Shown: positions 9,573-20,477, numbered from the stretch's first letter. The stretch: 32,000 nucleotides of DNA from Pasteurella multocida (GCF_900187275.1 NZ_LT906458.1:2238954-2270953); one strand, 5' to 3'. Program-made: numbers and translations. The notes: generated by a model not told the origin, from the sequence alone.

Positions 9573-10376
9573 TTATATTTCAAGCATTACACGACTACCA
9601 AAATAGGCGATAGTCAGGAGAATGATACCTAAAAGCGCATAATACACCACTTTTTTTCCACGCCAATGGAGCTTCCAATGACCAACCAGTGCACTCCCAA
9701 AGACTATCCAAGCCAAGAAAGAAAAAACAGCTTTCTGGATGTCTTGTGGGGCAAAGGTTTTCGATAAATGGTAGCTCCCTGAAATGAGGACAATCGTGAG
9801 TAATATTTCACCTATCAGCATTAAACGAAAAAAATGGCGCTCTACGGTCATTAACGGTGGAATCATTGGTGAAAAAGGCAGTTTTTTATTTTTTAAGGCG
9901 CGATCGATCCAAACTAACTGAATGGAATATAACGCGACAATCGAACAGACCGAATAAGTCAACAGTGATAAGCCTACATGAATAAATAAGCCCATATCTT
10001 GATTAAGATGATATAAAAAATGCGCCGGCATTAAGGTACTGAGGACCAGATTAATGATGGCGAAAGAATAAATAATCGGTAATAAAAACCATAAAGTGTG
10101 TATGCGAAATAAAAACGCTAATGTGGCGATCGTTGCTGTCATAACACTGATTAAGGAACTGATTTCGATAACCGAGAAATTTTGACCGCTGGTTAAATCG
10201 GTAAAAAGAGGAATAAGATTGATAAAGTGCAGAAGAATGGCGAGTAATGCTGCCGTTAAAAAAGGCATCCTATTGGGAACCGATGCGGGTTCGCCCGCTT
10301 GAATTTTTAACAACATAGGGGTAATGAGTAAGACACTCAATAGATAAAAAAACACGGAAAAAATTGAAAGCCACAT
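9573..10376 (-). CDS. YpjD/CcsA-like inner membrane protein (cytochrome c assembly protein family)
   Basis: Multi-TM protein with YSIQLVWIDRALKNKKLPFSPMIPPLMTVERHFFRLMLIGEILLT and HWRGKKVVYYALLGIILLTIAYFGSRVMLEI, next to ffh. The supplied ORF starts at 10421; MWLSIFSVFFY at 10376 is more plausible. Confidence 0.85.
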   Translation of the reverse strand: MWLSIFSVFFYLLSVLLITPMLLKIQAGEPASVPNRMPFLTAALLAILLHFINLIPLFTDLTSGQNFSVIEISSLISVMTATIATLAFLFRIHTLWFLLPIIYSFAIINLVLSTLMPAHFLYHLNQDMGLFIHVGLSLLTYSVCSIVALYSIQLVWIDRALKNKKLPFSPMIPPLMTVERHFFRLMLIGEILLTIVLISGSYHLSKTFAPQDIQKAVFSFLAWIVFGSALVGHWKLHWRGKKVVYYALLGIILLTIAYFGSRVMLEI

Positions 10377-10515
10377 TGAAATTCCCTCACCTTTGTTCTC
10401 CGTCCATTCTAACTTTCTCACTGTGAAATCGCTATAAATTTATTACAAAGGATGAAAATCTATGGGATTTCAGTATAATTAGGGCAATTTTTTCGAGATT
10501 AAATAGGAAGATTGC

Positions 10516-11892
10516 ATGTTTGAGAATTTGTCGGATCGCTTGTCAAAAACGCTACGTAACATTAGTGGACGTGGACGTTTAACTGATGACAATATTAAGG
10601 AAACGCTACGTGAAGTCCGCATGGCATTATTAGAAGCGGATGTGGCGTTACCAGTGGTACGTGACTTTATTAATAAAGTGAAAGAACGCGCAATTGGGGT
10701 GGAAGTCAATAAAAGCCTCACACCAGGTCAAGAATTCGTTAAGATCGTGCAAGCGGAACTTGAAGCAGCAATGGGAGAGGCGAATGAAAGTTTACATCTT
10801 TCGACCCAACCACCTGCAGTGATTTTAATGGCGGGTTTACAAGGGGCGGGTAAAACCACCAGTGTGGGGAAACTGGCAAAATTTTTAAAAGAGCGGCATA
10901 AGAAAAAAGTGTTAGTGGTGTCTGCTGACGTATATCGCCCTGCTGCGATCAAGCAATTAGAAACGCTTGCACAAGCCGTCGGTGCCGATTTCTTTCCTTC
11001 CGATGTCTCACAAAACCCAGTGCAAATTGCCCAAGCGGCATTAAGTGAAGCAAAATTAAAATTCTACGATGTGTTAATTGTGGATACCGCAGGTCGCCTA
11101 CACGTCGACGGCGAAATGATGGACGAAATTAAGCAAATTCATGCCGCACTTAACCCAATTGAAACACTCTTTACTGTGGATGCGATGACGGGGCAAGATG
11201 CTGCAAATACGGCAAAAGCCTTTAATGAAGCGTTGCCTTTAACAGGGGTGGTATTAACGAAAGTAGATGGTGACGCGCGTGGAGGTGCTGCCTTATCAAT
11301 TCGTCAGATTACTGGTAAACCGATTAAATTCTTAGGGGTAGGCGAAAAAACCGATGCACTAGAACCCTTCCATCCAGAACGTGTGGCATCACGTATCTTA
11401 GGCATGGGTGATGTGCTGTCGTTAATTGAAGATCTTGAACGTTCTGTGGATCGTGAAAAAGCGGAGAAAATGGCGCAGAAGTTCAAAAAAGGTGATAATT
11501 TTACCCTTGAGGATTTCCGTGAGCAGCTTATCCAAATGAAAAACATGGGTGGGATGATGTCGATGTTAGATAAATTGCCTGGTGCCAAAAATCTACCGGA
11601 TCACATCAAGAATAAAGTAGATGACAAAATGTTCAGTAAAATGGAAGCCATGATTAATTCCATGACGTTGAAAGAGCGTGCAAATCCAGAAATTATCAAA
11701 GGTTCTCGCCGTCGTCGTATTGCAATGGGTTCAGGTACGCAAGTGCAAGATGTGAATAAATTACTCAAACAGTTCGATGAAATGCAACGTATGATGAAAA
11801 AAATGCGCAAAGGTGGCATGGCAAAAATGATGCGCGGCATGCAAGGCATGATGGGCGGACTCGGCGGTTTAGGCGGGATGTTTAGACGCTAA
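10516..11892 (+). CDS. ffh: Signal recognition particle protein Ffh
   Basis: MFENLSDRLSKTLRNISGRGRLT, GLQGAGKTTSVGKLAKFL, DTAGRLHVD and a Met-rich C-terminus. Confidence 0.98.
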   Translation: MFENLSDRLSKTLRNISGRGRLTDDNIKETLREVRMALLEADVALPVVRDFINKVKERAIGVEVNKSLTPGQEFVKIVQAELEAAMGEANESLHLSTQPPAVILMAGLQGAGKTTSVGKLAKFLKERHKKKVLVVSADVYRPAAIKQLETLAQAVGADFFPSDVSQNPVQIAQAALSEAKLKFYDVLIVDTAGRLHVDGEMMDEIKQIHAALNPIETLFTVDAMTGQDAANTAKAFNEALPLTGVVLTKVDGDARGGAALSIRQITGKPIKFLGVGEKTDALEPFHPERVASRILGMGDVLSLIEDLERSVDREKAEKMAQKFKKGDNFTLEDFREQLIQMKNMGGMMSMLDKLPGAKNLPDHIKNKVDDKMFSKMEAMINSMTLKERANPEIIKGSRRRRIAMGSGTQVQDVNKLLKQFDEMQRMMKKMRKGGMAKMMRGMQGMMGGLGGLGGMFRR

Positions 11893-11979
11893 TGTAAAAG
11901 TATAGAAAAAGGGAAAATGTGTATTTTCCCTTTTTATCAGAAACCCGCGGTTTCATGGGCGGGCATGAGAGGAATACTA

Positions 11980-12016
11980 AAGTGCGGTCAAAATTTAGAT
12001 TTTTTTGACCGCACTT
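11980..12016. terminator. Inverted uptake-signal pair between convergent ffh and plsB
   Basis: AAGTGCGGTCAAAA... (11980) with ...TTGACCGCACTT (to 12016). Confidence 0.8.
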
Positions 12017-12042
12017 ATTTTTTATCAGATAGGTATCACAGA

Positions 12043-14472
12043 TTATTCTTCTTCAATTTTGGCAATCGCCCCTTTAATCGTTAAGCAAACTTCAGTGGAG
12101 ATCACTTGATTTAAGATCTCTGTGATTTCATTGAGTTTTTCTGTATTGGCAATACCTTCTTCATTGAAATAGCCTTCTTGTTTTAAGCTCGCGATAAAGG
12201 CAGAAAATACGGCTTTATCAAAAAACTCCGGCGCGTTGATGCCATGTAACACAGATAGACGTTGTGCCACAGATTGACTGTCTTTTTCTAGGCTTGCACG
12301 TGGTGTGGCAGGATCTTTTTCTAAAATACTGACGGTGATGTAATAGCGCTGTAAAATCTCTCTGACACCGGATGACCAGAGTTGTAACATGCGAACACGC
12401 GGTTTATTAATTGATAACATATTCGCGTTACATTTAATCACTTCTTGACGTTCAAATTCAGTAATAATGTGATTCACTCGATCTTGTAATTCTTCATAAG
12501 AGAAAGACAGGAAAAGTTCACTTTTTAAGAACGGATAAATCTTACTTACCGCTTCGAGTACCAGTGGTTTTTGAATGGCTTCATAATGCAGCACAATACT
12601 GGCGACCAATGACGGTAGTACAAACAGATGCTGAATGTTATTTCGATAATAGGTCATTAACACCGCAGAATTTCGTTCTAAGCGAACAATTTCACCAAAG
12701 TTATCTTTTTCAACAATAATGCCTACTCGTTCTAATTGCAGAATATGTTCTAACATTTTTTCTGGTGATTCTGTTGGCACCACAATATCTTGTGAATAAG
12801 GCACATTTTGTAAGAATTGTTGATAACTTTCTAACTGTTCAAGCAATTGCTCACGCGAAAGAGCACGTTGACGTGAAGAAAGTAACGCAGTACCTGTCAA
12901 GTTCATCGCATTGACAGCAGCCGCTTTATTAATATTCACCATTACTTGATGAGATATGCTATCAACGGCTTGATTAAACCACTTCGCACGCTCCTCTGCT
13001 TGGGTATTTTCTTTCCACTCGGGATAGTGTTGATTGAGGTAGTTACTTAAGGTGATAGGTTCGCCAAAGTTCACATAACCTTTACCCAAATTACGGAGTT
13101 TCTTAATCACGCGTAAAACCAGTCCGGCATTTTCTTTTTCTTTCGCGGCACCACGTAATTCTTTAGCGTAGGTGTCCACTTCTAGGACGTGTTCATAACC
13201 GACATACACGGGAACCACTGAAATCGGACGGGTTTGCCCTTGTAACAGGGCTTGTAGGGTCATCGACATCATGCCTGTTTTGGGTGCGAGTAAACGTCCC
13301 GTACGCGAACGCCCCCCCTCAATGAAGTATTCGACTGAATAGCCACGATGGAATAATTCGGCTAAATATTCACGGAAAATGGTGGAATATAAGCGGTTAC
13401 CTTTGAATGTACGGCGAATAAAGAAGGCACCACCACGACGGAACATACCGCCCACTGGCCAGAAATTTAAGTTAATCCCAGCGGCAATATGTGGTGGCAC
13501 TAAACCTTGGTGGTATAACACATAGGACAGTAATAAATAGTCAATATGGCTACGATGACAAGGTACGTAAACAATTTCATGACCGTCTAATGCCAGTTTG
13601 CGTACACGATCTGCATTTTGTACATCAATACCTTGATAGAGTTTATTCCATAACCAACGTAAGAAACGGTCTGCGACGCGTAAGCCTTCATAATTCACAT
13701 TGGCAGCGATTTCATCAAGAATCTTTTTCGCTTCTTGAGTTGCCTTTTCTTCGCTAATGTTCTTTGCTTTGGCTTCGTCTTGAATCGCATCTAAAATTGT
13801 TGGTGAGGTCAATAATTTGTTAAACATTGCTTCACGATTTGGTAGGCGAGGACCTGTTGCAGAAATGCGCTGTTTAGAAAAGTGAATTTTTGCCACACGC
13901 GCTAATTTATGTGAAATGGCTTGGTCTGAACCATGTTCATTCACCATGTAACGTAAGGAAACGGCTTGTGAAAAACGAACGAAGGTATCGCGTCCAAACC
14001 ACACGGCGGCGATAAATTTTTGCAGACCACTTAATAAACGTAATTGAGGTAAGCCTGATTGTTTTTCGTGACCAGGTGAACGTCCCCAAAGTACTGAAAC
14101 TGGAATAATTTGGACATCTAAGTCAGAACGTTGGTGATGTAATTCAAGATATTGATTAAACACTTGAATGGTTTCTTCTTTTGCCCCTTTTGATTTAAAA
14201 AAACGGCGACCTTCATCTAAGAAGACAAAGCGAGGAAGGGATTTTCCTTCAATTTCATTTTTTTCTAAAGGATCAGGCAAACCGACACTTAAACAGTTTT
14301 TACGAAAAATCACTAAGTCTGTTTGTGAAGTATAAGGGAGCACATACACCATCGGTTGAGTTGGGTCTAATTTTAATTCTTCGATAGGATGATGTGGAAT
14401 CGGGTTGTTTTTGACTAAAAAGGATAAAGGTAATTCCAATACTTTGCGGTACATATTTAGCAAACTAAACAT
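12043..14472 (-). CDS. plsB: Glycerol-3-phosphate 1-O-acyltransferase PlsB
   Basis: [39 protein letters not shown]...[15 protein letters not shown]...[19 protein letters not shown] acyltransferase motifs. 809 aa. Confidence 0.97.
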   Translation of the reverse strand: MFSLLNMYRKVLELPLSFLVKNNPIPHHPIEELKLDPTQPMVYVLPYTSQTDLVIFRKNCLSVGLPDPLEKNEIEGKSLPRFVFLDEGRRFFKSKGAKEETIQVFNQYLELHHQRSDLDVQIIPVSVLWGRSPGHEKQSGLPQLRLLSGLQKFIAAVWFGRDTFVRFSQAVSLRYMVNEHGSDQAISHKLARVAKIHFSKQRISATGPRLPNREAMFNKLLTSPTILDAIQDEAKAKNISEEKATQEAKKILDEIAANVNYEGLRVADRFLRWLWNKLYQGIDVQNADRVRKLALDGHEIVYVPCHRSHIDYLLLSYVLYHQGLVPPHIAAGINLNFWPVGGMFRRGGAFFIRRTFKGNRLYSTIFREYLAELFHRGYSVEYFIEGGRSRTGRLLAPKTGMMSMTLQALLQGQTRPISVVPVYVGYEHVLEVDTYAKELRGAAKEKENAGLVLRVIKKLRNLGKGYVNFGEPITLSNYLNQHYPEWKENTQAEERAKWFNQAVDSISHQVMVNINKAAAVNAMNLTGTALLSSRQRALSREQLLEQLESYQQFLQNVPYSQDIVVPTESPEKMLEHILQLERVGIIVEKDNFGEIVRLERNSAVLMTYYRNNIQHLFVLPSLVASIVLHYEAIQKPLVLEAVSKIYPFLKSELFLSFSYEELQDRVNHIITEFERQEVIKCNANMLSINKPRVRMLQLWSSGVREILQRYYITVSILEKDPATPRASLEKDSQSVAQRLSVLHGINAPEFFDKAVFSAFIASLKQEGYFNEEGIANTEKLNEITEILNQVISTEVCLTIKGAIAKIEEE

Positions 14473-14896
14473 AATGAAGTTCCGTTCTTTATAGGTTTAT
14501 TAGAAAAATTTACGTTAGTTTACCATAAAAATGAAAAATCGTTAGTCGTTGTCTAAAAGAAGCGCATCGTCTTTTTATATCAGAAAGATAAGAATAAAAA
14601 AATAATCAAGCGCGATAAGTGAAATGAAGAGAAGAGAAGCCAACCTGATACAAAAAGTCAGGAGAGGGGAAAAACGCTTATCAGGTCGAAGTGATTTGTG
14701 TGCTAATGTTTAGTTGATCGTCAATAACGAAGTTAGATGTTAATAAAGTCGAGCTTGTGTTTTAATTTTTGGATGCAGGAAAGCTGAAATGGCGAGATTG
14801 TCCTTGCTTATCAGAGGGGAGATATTGATTGATATGAATGTGTTATTTACGGGATAGGCTGACTATTACGAAGAAAAGATTGCAACAAACGTCTTT

Positions 14897-14912
14897 CTGT
14901 ATATAATAACAG
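14897..14912. promoter_or_regulatory. LexA (SOS) box 1
   Basis: CTGTATATAATAACAG, matching the CTG-N10-CAG consensus, just upstream of lexA. Confidence 0.85.
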
Positions 14913-14917
14913 TTATT

Positions 14918-14933
14918 CTGTATAAAAAAACAG
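14918..14933. promoter_or_regulatory. LexA (SOS) box 2
   Basis: CTGTATAAAAAAACAG, CTG-N10-CAG, overlapping the lexA ribosome binding region. Confidence 0.85.
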
Positions 14934-14941
14934 GGGTAAGC

Positions 14942-15577
14942 ATGAAGCCATTTAAAGCATTGACCGCGCGTCAACAAGAAGTCTATGACTTGTTAAAACG
15001 TCATTTAGAAAATACAGGTATGCCGCCAACAAGGGCAGAAATTTCAAAAGAATTAGGTTTTCGCTCACCGAATGCGGCAGAAGAACATTTAAAAGCTTTA
15101 GCGCGTAAAGGCGTGATTGAGATTATTTCCGGGACATCCCGTGGTATTCGTTTATTGCTTGAAGAGAGCGAGAGTGATGAAAACCAAGGCTTACCTTTAG
15201 TCGGGCGTGTTGCCGCAGGTGAGCCGATTTTAGCGGAACAACATATTGAAGGAACGTATCAAGTCGATGCCAATATGTTTAAACCGCAAGCCAACTTTTT
15301 GTTGAAAGTCTACGGACAATCGATGAAAAACATTGGTATTTTAGATGGTGATCTGTTAGCAGTACATAGCACCAAAGATGTGCGTAATGGACAAATTGTC
15401 GTTGCTCGTATTGAGGATGAGGTGACGGTCAAACGTTTAGAACGTAAAGGCTCGATGATTTATCTGCATGCCGAAAATGAAGAATTTGCACCAATTGTGG
15501 TGGATTTAAACCAGCAGCCTAATTTTGAAATTGAAGGAATTGCTGTGGGGATTATCCGCAATAATGCTTGGATGTAA
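14942..15577 (+). CDS. lexA: LexA repressor
   Basis: [61 protein letters not shown], autocleavage region [10 protein letters not shown], peptidase S24 [18 protein letters not shown]. Confidence 0.98.
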   Translation: MKPFKALTARQQEVYDLLKRHLENTGMPPTRAEISKELGFRSPNAAEEHLKALARKGVIEIISGTSRGIRLLLEESESDENQGLPLVGRVAAGEPILAEQHIEGTYQVDANMFKPQANFLLKVYGQSMKNIGILDGDLLAVHSTKDVRNGQIVVARIEDEVTVKRLERKGSMIYLHAENEEFAPIVVDLNQQPNFEIEGIAVGIIRNNAWM

Positions 15578-15611
15578 ACTCACTTTTTTCTGCTATTTTA
15601 AACTGACGCCG

Positions 15612-15640
15612 CACTTTTCATCTTATTGAAAAGTGCGGTG
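15612..15640 (+). terminator. lexA terminator (one canonical, one degenerate uptake signal arm)
   Basis: CCGCACTTTTC...GAAAAGTGCGG hairpin followed by TGATTTTTT. Confidence 0.75.
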
Positions 15641-15773
15641 ATTTTTTACCAAATATTGCCGATATTTGTTTGATTCACTCCCTATCAATGTGCCAGTAAA
15701 TCGTTGTACTTGGACTTCAGCTTACTGAAAAAATAACAAACAAAAATATTCAAAAAACACGCCGCACTTTGTC

Positions 15774-15801
15774 TTGCAAAACGTCTAATTATCTGTATAA
15801 T
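15774..15801 (+). promoter_or_regulatory. Promoter of rpsF operon
   Basis: TTGCAA (15774-15779), 16-nt spacer, TATAAT (15796-15801). Confidence 0.6.
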
Positions 15802-15834
15802 TCACCACCTTACAGCTACATTTAATTTTCGTTC

Positions 15835-15895
15835 CTTGCTTCCGCAGATGGGTAGCTGGTCTAACAGTCGGAGGCTGATTAACCCGTAAGGAGCA
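15835..15895 (+). promoter_or_regulatory. Structured 5' leader of the rpsF operon, S6:S18 ribosomal leader candidate
   Basis: GCTTCCG...CGGAGGC pairing, nested and overlapping GGGT...ACCC pairing, directly before the Shine-Dalgarno of rpsF. Confidence 0.5.
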
Positions 15896-15898
15896 GTA

Positions 15899-16276
15899 AT
15901 GCGACACTACGAAATCGTGTTTATGGTTCATCCGGACCAAAGCGAACAAGTACCAGGCATGATTGAACGTTATACAGGTTCTGTAAAAGAAGCTGGCGGT
16001 CAAGTTCATCGCTTAGAAGATTGGGGTCGTCGTCAATTAGCGTACCCAATCAACAAATTACACAAAGCACACTATGTGTTAATGAATGTAGAAGCGCCTC
16101 AAGAAGTCATCGACGAGCTAGAAACAACTTTCCGTTACAACGACGCAGTTCTTCGTAACGTAATCATTCGTACTAAGCACGCCATAACAGAAGCGTCCCC
16201 AATGGTTAAAGCAAAAGACGATCGTAAAGCTTTAGCTGAAGTTGAAAACAACGATTTTGAGGATGCTGAAGAGTAA
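15899..16276 (+). CDS. rpsF: 30S ribosomal protein S6
   Basis: [67 protein letters not shown]. Confidence 0.99.
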
Positions 16277-16589
16277 TTTAAATATTGATAATCGTTTTTC
16301 GTTGATAGGCATCGTCGCGAGTCAACCAAAACGACACCAAAGTCCGAATGGCATTTATCATTGCCAATTTGTATTAGAGCATCGTTCTATACAAGAAGAA
16401 GCCGGATTAAGCCGTCAGGCGTGGTGTAAAATGCCAGTTCAAATGAGTGGCAATCAATTTAGAGAAAAAACTCAAAGCATTACGGTCGGCAGTCAGCTTT
16501 TGGTGGTGGGATTTATTAGTTCTCACAAAACCGCAAACGGTTTAAGCCAATTAGTATTACATGCCGAGCAAATCGAATTTATAGATTAG
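16263..16589 (+). CDS. priB: Primosomal replication protein N (PriB)
   Basis: [42 protein letters not shown]...[16 protein letters not shown]-fold PriB. Located between rpsF and rpsR; its start overlaps the rpsF end by 14 nt. Confidence 0.93.
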
Positions 16590-16829
<240 letters not shown>

Positions 16830-16848
16830 TTAAAGAGAGGATACGGTA

Positions 16849-17298
16849 ATGCAAGTAATTCTTTTAGATAAAGTGGTTCACCTTGGTAACATTGGTGATC
16901 AAGTGAATGTGAAATCAGGTTTTGCACGTAACTTCTTAATCCCACAAGGTAAAGCAGTTATGGCAACCAAAGCGAACATCGAGTACTTTGAAGCTCGTCG
17001 TGCTGAGTTAGAAGCGAAAGCTGCTGAAGTGTTAGCTGCGGCACAAGCACGCGCTGCGAAATTAGCAGAATTAGGTTCTGTAACTATCGCATCTAAAGCA
17101 GGTGATGAAGGTCGTTTATTCGGTTCAATCACAACGCGTGATGTGGCAGATGCAGTAACGGCTGCAGGTGTTGAAGTAGCAAAAAGTGAAGTTCGCTTAT
17201 CTACAGGCCCGATTCGCACTTTAGGTGATCACGAAGTGAAATTCCAACTTCACGGTGAAGTATTTGCAACAATCAATGTGATTGTTGTTGCTGAATAA
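16849..17298 (+). CDS. rplI: 50S ribosomal protein L9
   Basis: [37 protein letters not shown]. Confidence 0.99.
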   Translation: MQVILLDKVVHLGNIGDQVNVKSGFARNFLIPQGKAVMATKANIEYFEARRAELEAKAAEVLAAAQARAAKLAELGSVTIASKAGDEGRLFGSITTRDVADAVTAAGVEVAKSEVRLSTGPIRTLGDHEVKFQLHGEVFATINVIVVAE

Positions 17299-17319
17299 TT
17301 CACAATCCAGTTGAATGAA

Positions 17320-17349
17320 AAAACCCAACGGCTTACGTTGGGTTTTTTG
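17320..17349 (+). terminator. Terminator of the rpsF-priB-rpsR-rplI operon
   Basis: AAAACCCAACG gctta CGTTGGGTTTT followed by T-rich sequence. Confidence 0.88.
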
Positions 17350-17395
17350 TTTTGTTGAAAAAGTCTCTGTTGTATTCAAAGACGATTCATAGATA

Positions 17396-17422
17396 AAAAA
17401 ACCAGCGTTTGCTGGTTTTTTT
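17396..17422. terminator. Second (bidirectional) terminator hairpin
   Basis: AAAAAACCAGC gttt GCTGGTTTTTT. Confidence 0.8.
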
Positions 17423-17440
17423 AATGATAAGTGAATAAGA

Positions 17441-17815
17441 TTAATACTTATGACAGTTTGTTGTCATTAATTGCCCCGTTTTTGCATAGTTGCGATCTGG
17501 GTAGGTAAATACTGCAATATTATTTTTCTGATGCCATTTTAAAGTATTTTTATCATTGACATACAGCGTTCCCGAAGCGGAAGGCACATGATTTAAGTAG
17601 CTGACATAGCTGTCTTTGCCATCATTGAAAGCGATACTTACCACACCATTATCGCGTTGTTTTATAGAGGCTTTATAGCCATTTTCACAACGATATTTGG
17701 TTAATGTGCCAGAGGATTTTCCTTCTAAGCCCGCTATTTCAACGCCTTCCAGACTCAGGCAAGCACTGAGTGAAAATGCTACGCCAACAGAGATTAAGGT
17801 TTTGATTATATGCAT
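17441..17815 (-). CDS. MliC-like lysozyme-inhibitor family lipoprotein (putative)
   Basis: MHIIKTLISVGVAFSLSAC lipobox. The domain 'YRCENGYKASIKQRDNG...YLNHVPSASGTLYVND' resembles MliC/PliC. The ATG at 17815 is preferred over the ORF start at 17830. Confidence 0.65.
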   Translation of the reverse strand: MHIIKTLISVGVAFSLSACLSLEGVEIAGLEGKSSGTLTKYRCENGYKASIKQRDNGVVSIAFNDGKDSYVSYLNHVPSASGTLYVNDKNTLKWHQKNNIAVFTYPDRNYAKTGQLMTTNCHKY

Positions 17816-17916
17816 AAACGCTCCTGTCATTAAATTGGAAACCCACTGGGATAATCAGAGAATATACAATGGGTACCTTGTATTCAGATTAAAATAAAAA
17901 ATCCGCCTTTGCCTTG

Positions 17917-19335
17917 TTAGGCATAGTACATTTCGAATTCCACGGGGTGTGGGGTCATATTTAAACGTTCTACTTCTTTCCGCTTAATTGTAATAAACGC
18001 ATCAATAAAAGCTTGAGTAAACACATTTCCTTTGGTTAAAAATTCATAATCTTGTTCTAATGCATTTAAAGCTTCTTCTAATGAGCTTGCTACCGCAGGG
18101 ATATTTTGTAGTTCTTCTGGTGGCAGATCATACAGGTTTTTGTCCATCGCATCGCCAGGGTGAATTTTATTGATAATCCCGTCTAGACCCGCCATTAATA
18201 ATGCAGCAAACGCAAGATAAGGATTAGCCAATGGATCTGGGAAACGCGCTTCAATACGAATCGCTTTTGGATTGGTGACCGCAGGGATGCGAATTGAGGC
18301 TGAACGGTTACTTGCAGAATACGCTAATAGGACAGGTGCTTCAAAGCCCGGCACTAAGCGTTTATAAGAGTTGGTTGAAGGATTAGTGAACGCATTTAAC
18401 GCTTTTGCATGTTTAATAATCCCACCAATATAATAAAGTGCGGTTTCAGACAGTCCAGCGTATTTATCCCCTTGGAAAACGTTTTTGCCGTCTTTGCTTA
18501 ATGACATATTACAATGCATGCCGGAGCCGTTATCGCCAGTGATGGGTTTTGGCATAAAGCAGGCAGTTTTACCGTGCTCGTAGGCGACGTTTTGTACTAC
18601 ATATTTATAAATTTGGGTTTCGTCGGCTTTAGTGGTTAAGGTATTAAAGCGCGTTGCAATTTCATTTTGTCCTGCTGTGGCGACTTCATGGTGGTGTGCT
18701 TCAATCACTAAGCCCATTTCTTCTAAGATTAAGCACATTTCAGAGCGGATATCATGTGCGCTATCAATCGGGGCGACCGCACAATAACCGCCTTTTTTGA
18801 GTGGACGATAAGCGTTGTTACCGTCTTCATATTTTTTATTCGTATTCCACGCAGCCTCAATATCATCAACAGAATAACTGCTACGGTTCATCGAGACATT
18901 GAAACGAACATCATCAAATAAGAAAAATTCTGGTTCAGGTCCAAAGAGGGCTTCATCGGCTATTCCCGTTGAACGCATATAGTTTTCGGCACGAATCGCA
19001 ATAGAACGTGGATCACGATCGTAGCTTTGCATAGTAGAGGGTTCGTAGATACTGCAACGGAGGGAAAGGGTAGGAATTTGAGCAAAAGGATCAACCACAG
19101 CTGTTTCTGGCATTGGCATCAAGAGCATATCTGCTTTATTGATTGCCTTCCATCCTTCAACGGAAGAACCGTCGAACATTTTACCGTCTTCAAATAAATC
19201 TTCATCAACAAGATTAACAGGAAGCGAAACACCGTGTTCTTTCCCCTTAATATCGGTAAAGCGAAGTAAAACAAATTTGATATCGTATTCTTCAATCAGC
19301 TTGAATACGTTGGCGATAGCGGAGGTGTCTGACAT
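17917..19335 (-). CDS. glnA: Glutamine synthetase, type I
   Basis: [69 protein letters not shown]. Confidence 0.98.
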   Translation of the reverse strand: MSDTSAIANVFKLIEEYDIKFVLLRFTDIKGKEHGVSLPVNLVDEDLFEDGKMFDGSSVEGWKAINKADMLLMPMPETAVVDPFAQIPTLSLRCSIYEPSTMQSYDRDPRSIAIRAENYMRSTGIADEALFGPEPEFFLFDDVRFNVSMNRSSYSVDDIEAAWNTNKKYEDGNNAYRPLKKGGYCAVAPIDSAHDIRSEMCLILEEMGLVIEAHHHEVATAGQNEIATRFNTLTTKADETQIYKYVVQNVAYEHGKTACFMPKPITGDNGSGMHCNMSLSKDGKNVFQGDKYAGLSETALYYIGGIIKHAKALNAFTNPSTNSYKRLVPGFEAPVLLAYSASNRSASIRIPAVTNPKAIRIEARFPDPLANPYLAFAALLMAGLDGIINKIHPGDAMDKNLYDLPPEELQNIPAVASSLEEALNALEQDYEFLTKGNVFTQAFIDAFITIKRKEVERLNMTPHPVEFEMYYA

Positions 19336-19494
19336 AGAGGATCCTTAGTGTTAGAAGCGTATTTAAAATAATTCAGTATAATAAAAGTTATACTATAAAT
19401 CTAGTATTTTATTCGTGTTTTTCGGATATATCCCTACACTTTATTTCGTGTATAATACATGGATTATGCACACTAATAAATTAGTGGAGGAGAG

Positions 19495-20091
19495 ATGGAT
19501 AAGTTCGCAGAACATGAAATACCGAAAGCCGTTATTGTTGCAGGGAATGGCGAGAGTTTAAGTCAAATTGATTATAGGTTGTTACCGAAAAATTATGATG
19601 TGTTTCGTTGTAATCAATTTTATTTTGAAGAACGCTATTTTTTAGGAAACAAGATAAAAGCGGTTTTCTTCACGCCAGGGGTCTTTCTTGAGCAATATTA
19701 TACACTTTATCATCTCAAGAGAAACAATGAGTATTTTGTTGATAATGTGATTCTCTCTTCTTTTAATCATCCTACAGTAGATTTAGAAAAGAGTCAGAAA
19801 ATACAAGCACTTTTTATTGATGTGATCAACGGATATGAAAAGCATTTATCTAAACTCACTGCTTTTGATGTTTATCTGCGCTATAAAGAATTATATGAGA
19901 ATCAAAGAATTACATCTGGCGTATATATGTGTGCAGTTGCTATTGCGATGGGATATACAGATATTTACTTAACTGGTATAGATTTTTATCAAGCGAGCGA
20001 AGAAAACTACGCATTCGATAATAAAAAGCCTAATATTATTAGGTTATTGCCTGATTTTCGGAAAGAAAAAAACACTCTTTTCTTATCATAG
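19495..20091 (+). pseudogene. GT42 family sialyltransferase (Cst-II/Lic3A-like), N-terminal part, frameshifted
   Basis: AVIVAGNGESLSQIDYRLLPKNYDVFRCNQFYFEERYFLGNKIKAVFFTPGVFLEQYYTLYHL...NQRITSGVYMCAVAIAMGYTDIYLTGIDFYQ is near-diagnostic for GT42. The frame ends at TAG just after an A7 tract (20066-20072). Confidence 0.87.
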
Positions 20092-20407
20092 TAAAGATAT
20101 TGATTTGGAAGCATTATCTTTTTTACAACAGCATTATCATGTTAATTTTTATTCGATTTCACCAATGAGCCCTTTGTCTAAACATTTTCCTATTCCAACT
20201 GTAGAGGATGATTGTGAAACAACTTTTGTTGCGCCACTAAAAGAAAATTACATTAATGATATATTGTTGCCTCCTCATTTTGTATATGAAAAATTAGGGA
20301 CCATCGTGTCTAAGAAATCACGTTTTCATTCTAACTTGATTGTCAGGTTGATTAGAGACTTATTGAAATTACCGAGTGCACTTAAACACTATTTAAAAGA
20401 AAAATAG
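20090..20407 (+). pseudogene. GT42 sialyltransferase, C-terminal part in the +1 frame
   Basis: In-frame SKDIDLEALSFLQQHYHVNFYSISPMSPLSKHFPI...NYINDILLPP...LIVRLIRDLLKLPSALKHYLKEK aligns with the Cst-II C-terminus. This frame is open from 19982; the listed ORF uses an internal TTG at 20105. Confidence 0.85.
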
Positions 20408-20477
20408 CAGTTTTTATGGCTCTAGGGGGAGGATCTGTTGTATAATCTTGCCCCTTTCACACACTTTTTCGCTAAAA

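Noticed and set aside
10728-11849. Several ORFs antisense to ffh and other ORFs opposite or out of frame to ppa, plsB, exbD, tonB, glnA, typA, mnmE and yidC in the ORF track
   Set aside because: They are wholly contained in strongly identified genes, lack recognisable domains and have low-complexity or implausible composition. They are typical shadow ORFs.
15761-15769. GCCGCACTT as an additional uptake signal sequence
   Set aside because: It differs from the ACCGCACTT core at the first base, so it is not counted as an exact USS.
20065-20075. A canonical X XXY YYZ slippery heptamer (A AAA AAC) sits in the zero frame of the sialyltransferase ORF, suggesting programmed -1 frameshifting.
   Set aside because: A -1 shift leads to the wrong frame (codon starts at 0 mod 3). 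The C-terminal half is in the +1 frame (2 mod 3), so classical -1 frameshifting cannot restore the protein.
19495-20407. Tetranucleotide-repeat phase variation as in H. influenzae lic3A
   Set aside because: No CAAT or other tetranucleotide array was seen in the gene. The only homopolymer at the break is seven A, short for efficient phase variation.
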